DNA from: Nemertoderma westbladi
Taxonomy: Eukaryota; Animalia; Xenacoelomorpha
DNA length: 64,000 nucleotides
Assembly: GCA_032718475.1 (NCBI GenBank)
Contig: JAUCBJ010001555.1
Coordinates: 26,825 to 90,824, forward strand
Direction of reading: 5' to 3'
Part shown: one piece after another, positions 21,469 to 30,893 of the stretch
Position numbering within the stretch: the stretch's first letter is position 1
Layout of the letters: each line of letters begins with the position of its first letter
Program-made: the position numbers and the translations under genes
The notes under the pieces: generated by a model
The model's input: the letters and a program-made list of their open reading frames with translations, nothing else
Told to the model about the DNA's origin: nothing
The model's database searches: none

Positions 21469-23397
21469 TTATTCGAATTTTATTTTGCAGTTATTTTGTA
21501 GGTCTGAATTCGAGTTATTATTTTGATTATTTGAATTATTTTGCGTAACTACATCAATATTAGGATTATTTTCTACATTAACACTGGGATTGTTCTGATT
21601 TAAATTTAAATTACTACCACTAGGCAAAGTATTTCCTGCAATAAAGGTTTGATTAGTGTTATCCCATACGGTACTATTAATATCAACAACGTCTACAGTA
21701 CCAATATTATTATTACCCCCCCCGCTCGTACGGTCGCACCAGTCTTGAGTCTGTCGTGCGGTCCCTGTCAGTGGGGTATTAATAAATGTTTCTACGGCCC
21801 CCGGCTCCCTAAAAATACCCGAGCCGGCCCCGCTTTCAGACGGCGCTTTTTGCACGAGTTGCAACTCGTGCGCCCGTTTAATCTCATCTCCCGCAGACTC
21901 ACTCTGTTGTCTCTCTATTTTCTTGTTTTCTCCCTCAGTCTCTGCCACTCTTCTCTCACGCTCCCGGGTGTCCCTAATGGCCGACTCTGCAGCACTCTTA
22001 ATACTCTCCCTTCGTCTCACTTCGCGCTCCTTACGTTCCTTTTCCTCTCTCGCCTCACGCTCCTTGCGTTCCGCCTCACGCTCCTTGCGTTCCCTTTCCT
22101 CCCTTGCCTCACGCTCCTTGCGTTCCCCTTCCTCTCTCGCCTCACGCTCCTTGCGTTCCTTTTCCATTCTCGCCTCACGCTCCTTGCGTTCCGCCTCACG
22201 CTCCTTGCGTTCCCTTTCCTCCCTTGCCTCACGCTCCTTGCGCCCCCTTTCCTCTCTCGCCTCACGCTCCCTACACTCCCTTTCCTCTATCTCATCATAC
22301 TCCCTTAGGCTTTTCAAAGCCCTTTCGGCCCTCTCTCTTGTTTCTTTAAGCAATGCCGTTTCCCTCTCTAACCGCACTCTCCCTTCCTCTAGCCGTTCCT
22401 TCATTTCTCTATGATCTTTCGCTGCCATGCTGAGACGATATTCGGCACCTATCTCTCTCACCGCTCTTCCTTTCGCGGAGGATGTAACAGACTTATCGGT
22501 TACGACGGATTTCCCCCGCCTTCCCGACCTACTGATTTCCCCCCGCTTCCCGGAGCTTTCTCCGACCGACGAGGCCGAATCCTCGGGGTTAACCTCGGAT
22601 TCGCCCCCTTCGGGTTCCCTCCAGCCTACTGGTTTTACTCCCCGGGCATCGACCAAGTATGGCCCTATGTACACTGACGCTACACTAGGTTCCATACTCC
22701 CACACTCCCATAGTTCAAACAGTTCCCCGGCAATCCCGTGTGCTCTCGTTTCGGCTAGTTCTCTTTGCCCAAAACGTATTAGGTAATTTATGTGTCTATC
22801 CGACTCACCTAGTCGCTTTCTCAGTCTCACCTCGTCTACCTTCGCCCCTTCCTTCTTGGCGTCCTTTATCATCCTTCGGGTCGCGTTGTAGGCCCGTCGA
22901 AGTCGCTCTGATACCCCGACGTCCTCGTCGCCGACCTCTCCTCCGGCCCTCCGGGTTCGACGTCGTACCGGCGGCTCCACCGTCGCCGTTCCGGTGGGCC
23001 GTCCGTCGCCCTCGGCCTGTTGCTGGCCGGCGACATCGGTACCAATCTCTCCTCCGTCTCTTCGCGTCCGGCGTCGTACCGTCGGCCCCACCGTCGCCGT
23101 TTCGGTGGGCCGCTCGTCGCCCTCGGCCGGTAGCTGGCCGGCGACATCGGCGCGCCGTTCTCCGTCTCGTGTCGACTCGTCTCTTTCTCCCTCGACCTCG
23201 TTCTCTCTATCCTCCGGCTCGAGTCCCTCTCCTCTCAACTCGGATTCTGATTCCAGACGGTCCCCCTCATCTTGGACTTCCGGGTCACCCGTTACCGATC
23301 GCTCCGGCGTCGTGGGCCTATACCGCCTGGTCGCGGCCTCGCGGATCGTTTGATCTTCGTCCGGGGTCCGCGTCGGTGTCTCGCCCGATTCACTCAT
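21469..23397 (-). CDS. BEL element 1 polyprotein, N-terminal low-complexity/coiled-coil Gag extension (frameshifted from downstream parts)
   Basis: Starts ~80 bp inside the 5' LTR; has (REAREERERKE)-type repeats and an Asn-rich tail that continues in another frame into ORF 20670-21359. Confidence 0.75.
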   Translation of the reverse strand: MSESGETPTRTPDEDQTIREAATRRYRPTTPERSVTGDPEVQDEGDRLESESELRGEGLEPEDRENEVEGERDESTRDGERRADVAGQLPAEGDERPTETATVGPTVRRRTRRDGGEIGTDVAGQQQAEGDGRPTGTATVEPPVRRRTRRAGGEVGDEDVGVSERLRRAYNATRRMIKDAKKEGAKVDEVRLRKRLGESDRHINYLIRFGQRELAETRAHGIAGELFELWECGSMEPSVASVYIGPYLVDARGVKPVGWREPEGGESEVNPEDSASSVGESSGKRGEISRSGRRGKSVVTDKSVTSSAKGRAVREIGAEYRLSMAAKDHREMKERLEEGRVRLERETALLKETRERAERALKSLREYDEIEERECREREAREERGRKEREAREERERKEREAERKEREARMEKERKEREAREEGERKEREAREERERKEREAERKEREAREEKERKEREVRRRESIKSAAESAIRDTRERERRVAETEGENKKIERQQSESAGDEIKRAHELQLVQKAPSESGAGSGIFREPGAVETFINTPLTGTARQTQDWCDRTSGGGNNNIGTVDVVDINSTVWDNTNQTFIAGNTLPSGSNLNLNQNNPSVNVENNPNIDVVTQNNSNNQNNNSNSDLQNNCKIKFE

Positions 23398-23476
23398 CTC
23401 GTTTGTGGCTGATGATTCGGCTAGCTAGGTTACAGTTCTTGATGTTCAACTAGGGCGGCAGCTCGGATTTAGTTAC

Positions 23477-24014
23477 TGTGACGGGATCCAGGAGGGATCC
23501 CGATTTATCCGATGTGGTATTTAGTCCACGCGTCCCCGCCGTGTATAAGAGTGGAATAAAGATAACTGAGTTCTGAAGTTCGGTGTATAATAATAGGTTA
23601 TAGGATATAGATATATTGTGAATTATACGGTAGGCGGGATACGGTAACTAAAGTCCCGTGATCCCCTAACTAAACTAATTGACTGTACCCTACGCTAGCA
23701 CTGCTGCACTGAGATAACTGAATCACTGATTAATAGGTTATTGGTTATATTGCACGGTGGCCTTACTGCTACTCAATCGATGCCATTCCCCCCTCTGATT
23801 GGTTAATACCCTTGTTGGCGCCCCGTGGAGTATTCCCGTTCACTCCACCTATTTCCTCTGGGTTAGGGGTTTGGCCCCTGACCCTCTATTGTGTGCTTCC
23901 TTCCCACTCTTATTGGGATGGCACGAGTTGGTTAATTGCCCAATCTCGTGGCTCCCAATATTGCTTATCGGCTTACAACTTTATGGGGTGTTGGCGGGAT
24001 TGAATAAGCTAACA
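23477..24014 (-). repeat. 5' LTR of BEL/Pao element 1
   Basis: TGTGACGGG...GCTAACA, followed by TSD ATTAT. Confidence 0.97.
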
Positions 24015-25608
24015 ATTATAATTGTTCTACAGTAGCTACCATTTAAAATCTCTAAAAAATTTATTGAAAAAATGCTGTAAAATTAAAAAAAAAACGCCTC
24101 ACACATCGGCTATGTAAAAGTGCCCCTTCAATATTACCCCTGTTTTATTGTTAACAACTGTTCTATTCCTATTAGCTATAAAAGTACAATTTTATTTGTT
24201 ACACATTTATTAGCGGGATTATAACTATCTCTAATGCTGGGCTACGGCAATAAAAGTTATTTTGCCCTAGTAGGGCAAAATAACCATGTTATTCCCTCTT
24301 AGAAGTAGTGAAGTGTTACATACTGACATACAAACATAGGAACCGGTAATGCTGCTGTACTCGTCTTAGGTCTCTTGTGTGTCACATCAGGTGCAAATCA
24401 GGCATTCAGACCACCAACTAGTTTTGTATTTCATGTGAAAATATTTTTCATGAATTTCTTAAATTTTATTTGTGAAAATATTTTTCGTGGAATTTCTTAT
24501 ATTTTATTACATGTGTTGAAAGAGCATCGAAGTAGAAAATGTTTGCAGCTTTGTATGTAATTTGAGCAAAATCCATGCTCAATAGTAAACTCAATATATT
24601 TACTCAATAGTAAATAACTTAATATATTCTTAATAAACTTAATATATTCCAGAACCATTAAATTATTTAACATTGAGTAAGGCAGCATCAGGAGGACGAG
24701 TACAGTAATTAGAACCCCAGAACTACGATAGCAATATAGTTTGCTAATAATTTACTTTAATAACTATTACAACAATCCGGTTAAGGATATTGTTGGTATA
24801 AATTGAATTGCACTAGCACATACAGAAATATAAGTAAAAAAAGTACCAATTTAAGAATAAAATTACGTATTATATGGCAAAAAACGTAGGGCCTAGCACA
24901 TTTTTTTCAATATTCTCTCGACCCTTTATTAACTTCGCTGGCGCTCGGGAAATAAAATAACTCGAGTATAGTGGAAAAAAGTTGTAACTTTTATTTTCCT
25001 AAGTACTAAATACTTAATTATACTAATAAAACGTATTTAATGTAAACAATACCGTCTGTGGGTAATGGATACATGACTTGTCCACCAAAAATACTATTCA
25101 ATTAATTCAGCCAATTTAGTTATATATCCCATTTGAAGTTTATGCAATATGTTACCCCTAGCGGCCAATATAGGAAAATATAGAAATTTTAGAAAGTAAA
25201 CAATTTAAATAAGTTTGACATCAATTTTTACTAACAAATTCGGGTGATTTTTGATGATCGAATCTTACGGCGATTGGATGAATTAAGCCTAGAGCTATAC
25301 AACACACATGACACAGTAATGTTTTACCTTGGAACTTGGGTGTTATTATTCCCTTGGGCAAAATAACACCTATGCAATTAATGAAATAAAGTGAAACACA
25401 CCGAAAATTTTCCAATTCCCTTGGGAAAAATAAATATAAACACCCCCAAAACTTTCCAAGCCCCATTTTGTAAACTCTTCCCCCAAACAATGCCCTTTTA
25501 GAATCTGTAAATAGTTGTTAAGGGACAAAAATAATCGAAATGCATACCATAATAAATGTGTAACAACTGACTTATTCCCCAGAAGTTAGTTATTTTCCCA
25601 GTTATTTA

Positions 25609-25664
25609 ACCCGCGGGCAGGAAACAACCCGAGGGCGAAGCCCGAGGGTGTCCTGCCCGCGGGT
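25609..25664. repeat. GC-rich hairpin (14-bp stem) enclosing a GGGCGAAGCCC mini-hairpin; probable transposon subterminal motif
   Basis: ACCCGCGGGCAGGA...TCCTGCCCGCGGGT are perfect reverse complements. Confidence 0.6.
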
Positions 25665-26266
25665 ATTCTTATAGCAAATCGCAACTCCAAACACAGAAGA
25701 AAATCCACAACAGAAAACAACAATTTTAACTGTATTGTCAATAGAGATATAATGTAGACATAGTCCGGCAGCAGAGTGAACCTGCGATTTTCCACCCATA
25801 AAATGTTTCATCAGTTTCGTGACCACAATACCATACCAATCGATATTAGGTCGCTCTCTCAGCCTTGAGCAATTTGAATAAAACGTGTTTCCATGTCAAC
25901 AGCGACAGCGAATGAGACCCTAGCAACCGCTATTATAAACACTCAATATCTAGAAATTTTACACCAAATTAGTTTCTATCGATGATTGTCAATCCAATGA
26001 ACCCGGTCCCGAACCACTGTTGTCATAGCAACCGTTGTTAAGGGGAGTAATCGTCAGTCAACGCCATAACTACCACTAATTTAAGCATCTCATTTAAGAC
26101 TCATATAAGAACATAATGATGCAATGATCCAACGCAAGAATAATATAACTGAATCAGAATATAACTGAATAACTGAAAATATCTAACTTCTGGGGAATAA
26201 GCATAGAAGTATTTAAATTTGTTATTAATAGAAATTGTTTCCAACTTTATAACTACATGTAAAAAT

Positions 26267-26333
26267 GGAAGCAGGACAATTCGGTCCCGGACAATTCGGT
26301 CCCGGACAATTCGGTCCCGGACAATTCGGTCCC
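26267..26333. repeat. Foldback/Mutator-like terminal tandem repeat (GGACAATTCGGTCCC)x4
   Basis: 15-bp units organised like the TIR at 41432; the matching end was not found. Confidence 0.6.
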
Positions 26334-26349
26334 GTTTATTTTGTGTTAT

Positions 26350-28920
26350 CTTCCTCACTCCGTCTCCCTCACCGTCCACAGATCCTCCTGTACTTCCCAC
26401 TCCGTCTCCACACACCCGCCACCGATCCCCCCCATACCTCCCACTCCGTCTCCTACACCCTCCACAGATCCCCCCATACCTCCCACTCCGTCTCCTACAC
26501 CCTCTACAGATCCCCCCATACCTCCCACTTCGCCTCCCACACCCTCCACAGATCCCCCCCATACCTCCCACTCCGTCTCCCACACCCTCTACAGATCCCC
26601 CCATACCTCCCACTCCGTCTCCTACACCATCCACAGATCCCCCCATACTTCCCACTCCGTCTCCTACACCCTCTACAGATCCCCCCATACATCCCACTCC
26701 GTCTCCTACACCCTCCACAGATCCCCCCATACTTCCCACTTCGCCTCTTACACCCTCCACAGATCCTCATGTACTTCCCACTCCGTCACCCACACCCTCC
26801 ACAGATCCTCCTGTACTTCACACTCCGTCTCCCACACCCTCCAAATATCCTCCTGTACTTCAAACACAGTCTCCCACACCTTCCACAGATCATCCTGTAC
26901 ATCCCACTCCGTCTCCTACACCCTCCACAGATCCCCCTATACCTCCCACTCCGTCTCCCACACCCTCCACAGATCCTCCCGTACTTCCAACACAGTCTCC
27001 CACACCTTCCACAGATCATCCTGTACATCCCACTCCGTCTCCTACACCCTCCACAGATCCCCCCATACCTCCCACTCCGTATCCTACACCCTCTACAGAT
27101 CCTCCTGTATTTCCCACTCCGTCTCCCACACCCTCCACGGATCACTACATACCTCCCACTCCGTCTCCTACACCCTCCAAAGATCCCCCCATACTTCCCA
27201 ATTCGCCTCCCACACCCTCCACAGATCCTCCTGTACTTCCCACTCCGTCTCCCACACCATCCACAGATCATCCTGTACTTCCCACTCCGTCTCCCACACC
27301 GTCCACAGATCCTCCAGTACTTCCCACTCCATCTCCCACACCCCCCACAGATCCCTTCATACCTCCCACTCCGTCTCCCTCACCCTCCACAGATCCTCCC
27401 GTACTTCCAACACTGTCTCTCACACCCTCTACAGATCCTCCTGTATTTCCCACTCCGTCTCCCACACCCTCCACGGATCACTACATACCTCCCACTCCGT
27501 CTCCTACACCCTCCAAAGATCCCCCATACTTCCCAATTCGCCTCCCACACCCTCCAAAGATCCTCCTGTACTTCCCACTCCGTCTCCCACACCATCCACA
27601 GATCCTCCTGTACTTCCCACTCCGTCTCCCACACCGTCCACAGATCCTCCTGTACTTCCCACTCCGTCTCCCACACCGTCCACAGATCCTCCTGTACTTC
27701 GCACTCCGTCTCCCACACCCGCCACAGATCCCCCCATACATCCCACTCCGTCTCCCACACCCGCCACTGATCCCCCAATACCTCCCACTCCTTCTCCCAC
27801 ACCCTCCAAAGATCCCCCCATACTTCCCACTCCGCCTCCCACATCCTCCACAGATCCCCCTATACGTCCCACTCCGTTTCCCACACCGTCCACAGATCCT
27901 CCTGTACTTCGCACTCCGTCTCCCACACCCGCCACAGATCCCCCCATACATCCCACTACGTGTCCGACACCCGCCACTGATCCCCCAATACCTCCCACTC
28001 CTTCTGCCACACCCTCCAAAGATCCCCCCATACTTCCCACTCCGCCTACCACACCCTCCACAGATCCTCCTGTACTTCCCACTCCGTCTCCTACACCCTC
28101 CACAGATCCCCCCATACCTTCCACTCCGTCTCCTACACCCTCTACAGATCCCCCCATACCTCTCACTTCGCCTCCCACACCCTCCACAGATCCTCATGTA
28201 CTTCCCACTCCGTCTCCCATACCCACCACAGATCCTCCTGTACTTCCCACTCCGTCTCCCACACCATCCACAGATCCTCCTGTAATTCACACTCCGTCTC
28301 CTACACCCTCCACAGATCCTCCTGTACTTCCCACTCCTCTCCCACACCCTCCACGGATCCCCACATACCTCCCACTCCGTCTCCTACACCCTCCACAGAC
28401 CCCCCCCCCCATACTTCCCACTTCGCCTCTCACACCCTCCACAGATCCTCATGTACTTCCCACTCCGTCTCCCACACCATCCACAGATCCTCCTGTAATT
28501 CACACTCCGTCTCCTACACCCTCCACAGATCCTCCTGTACTTCCCACTCCGTCTCCTACACCCTCCACAGATCCCCCCATACATCCCACTCCGTCTCCCA
28601 CACCCTCCACAGATCCTCCTGTACTTCCCACTCCGTCTCCCACACCGTCCACAGATCCTGGTTCTTCCAACACCGTCTCTCACACCATCCACAGATCCTG
28701 TACTTCTCACTCCGTCTCCCACACCTTCCGCAGATCGTCCTGTACTTCCCACTCCGTCTCCCATACCCTCCACAGATCCTCCAGTACTTCCCACTCCGTC
28801 TCCCACACCTTCCACAGATCCTCCTGTACTTCCCACTCCGTCTCCCAAACCCTCCACAGATCCCTCCATACCTCCAACTCCGCCTCCTACACCCTCCACA
28901 GATCCCCCATACTTCCCACT
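26350..28920. repeat. 42-bp C-rich minisatellite, ~60 copies
   Basis: Unit ~CCCACTCCGTCTCCCACACCCTCCACAGATCCTCCTGTACTT; produces long ORFs in several frames. Confidence 0.95.
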
Positions 28921-28940
28921 GGTGGGTTCTACCCTTATTA

Positions 28941-30420
28941 TGTTTATGTAACATTTAAATGCAGGTGGCGGGAAATTCAAAATGTATTCTAGCTTAGGAT
29001 AAGTACGACTAATATACTACTGAATTACCGATATACAGGATAAACTTAATTTACCTTTTGCATGATCTAACTATATTATTAAGATCACAGCATGGCGCTG
29101 CGAGTAAAGTAAATTACTTGTTTTTGAATTATTTTATTTTCTAATTCAATTACGAATACAATAAATGGCTGAAGCTATTAACCCAGAGGATTACTTGGAC
29201 CTCACTGCGGACGAAATAGATGAACTCGACCGAGCCGCATTAAAAATCCACTGTACAAATGCCGGTTTACAGTTTAATCCTCGCACATCGACAGCTAATT
29301 TACGCAAACAGCTGTACAGAATCCTCGAGTTCGAGGCCGAGGATCCTCCTCAACAAACCGACCTGGCAAAATTCCTTATGCAGATGGAAGAACGCCGGGA
29401 ACAACGCGAGGAACAACGACGTGCAGAGGACGAACAGCGACGTCGCACTGAACGTGCAGAGATGCTACAATTAATGGGGCATATACACCGCGTTCCTCCC
29501 AATGTTCCTGCCGATATTAGGCCGACTCAACCGCATCTACCTCGTCATGATCTCGCCAGATCAGCGGCCTCTCACCCTCCGTCGATTTTAAACCTGAATA
29601 CATCAGTTGGAGCATTTCGCCGTTGGCGTACAACTTGGGACGACTATGCAACTCTCGTACATCTTGTAGAATTCCCGGTTCCGGAGCAACTAGCGGCATT
29701 CCGTCGCGCTTTACACCAAGATGTACAGGACGTTCTGTCGCACATCGACGTCCAACCCGCCGAACCGGGAAATGCGATATCAATCAATGACAGACTCGAT
29801 GCAATCGCAACTTATTTCCAAGAAAAACGTGACTTAGGACGTGAACGCGAAGCTTTCGAACGCCGAATCCAAACGCCCGGAGAAACTTTCGACCAATTTC
29901 TCTTAGCCTTAAGGAACCTAGGGCAGGATGCCGAACTTTGCAACCATTGCTTCGACCAACGTCTGGCAGATAGAATACGTGTTGGGCTACGAGACGAGGA
30001 GATCCGCCGACGCCTCATGGCGATTCGTCCATACCCACACCTTGATGACGTCATCGCATTCTGCCGCCGGGAGGAGGCCGGCCGTAAATTCGCCAACCCA
30101 GGAGCTACAGTAAACCGTATAAAAGGTAATACTTACAAAACACAGAAAGAGTGTCGGAGGAACTCGCCAGACTGGTCACGGCCTCGATATCGTAGTAAGT
30201 CCCGTGACTGGATTCCACAACATTTAAGGAAGAAATGTCTACGGTATGTGGTAATGACCTACATAAGGACATGTCCACTTGCCCTGCAAACGAATCAACC
30301 TGTTCCTTATGCAAAAAGACCGGACATTGGGCCAAAGTTTGTAGTTTGAAATGGGATAAAATGTATTTGAAAACCCCATCTTCCAATGTTGGTTACATCG
30401 AATCCTCAGTGGAGCCCAGA
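28941..30420 (+). mobile_element. Truncated Gypsy (Mag-like) element: 5' LTR, PBS and gag only
   Basis: TG...CA segment 28941-29092 followed at once by TGGCGCTGCGAG (tRNA-Ser-like PBS); gag starts at 29165; no pol or second LTR. Confidence 0.75.
29165..30349 (+). pseudogene. gag: Gypsy Gag, frameshifted before the zinc knuckles
   Basis: FRRWRTTWDDY, RRIQTPGETFDQFLLALRNL, RLADRIRVGLRD; the knuckles CGNDLH...CPA...CSLCKKTGHWAKVC lie in another frame (30235-30453). Confidence 0.85.
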
Positions 30421-30518
30421 TCAACTTGCATATCATTTTATATTTCATTTTAACCAAATACGACACTCTCAACAAGCATCTTAAAACTAAACAGACATTT
30501 TTTCTTTAATGGGGTGAT

Positions 30519-30893
30519 GGAGCCGTAAGGTAAGCCGTACGGTCGGAACCGTAAGGTAAGCCGTACGGTCGGAACCGTAAGGTAACCCGTACGGTCGGAG
30601 CCGTAAGGTAAGCCGTACGGTCGGAACCGTAAGGTAACCCGTACGGTCGGAGCCGTAAGGTAAGCCGTACGGTCGGAACCGTAAGGTAAGCCGTACGGTC
30701 GGAACCGTAAGGTAACCCGTACGGTCGGAACCGTAAGGTAACCCGTACGGTCGGAGCCGTAAGGTAAGCCGTACGGTCGGAACCGTAAGGTAACCCGTAC
30801 GGTCGGAGCCGTAAGGTAAGCCGTACGGTCGGAACCGTAAGGTAACCCGTACGGTCGGAGCCGTAAGGTAAGCCGTACGGTCGGAACCGTAAG
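30519..30893. repeat. 26-bp tandem repeat (GGAACCGTAAGGTAAGCCGTACGGTC), ~14 copies
   Basis: 26-bp period; contains palindrome CCGTACGG. Confidence 0.95.

Larger units (their letters stand above)
6807..24014 (-). mobile_element. Full-length BEL/Pao LTR retrotransposon (element 1) with an extra 3' ORF
   Basis: Two 538-bp TG...CA LTRs; 5-bp TSD ATTAT (6802-6806 and 24015-24019); gag-PR-RT-RH-IN order with BEL/Pao motifs; polypurine tract (PPT) GGGGGGGAG next to the 3' LTR. Confidence 0.97.

Noticed and set aside
26101-28992. Long Pro/Thr-rich 'mucin' ORFs (688, 501, 883 aa) and antisense Gly-rich ORFs
   Set aside because: Open in most frames because the 42-bp unit lacks stops; repeat phase switches between frames; no signal peptide or unique domain.
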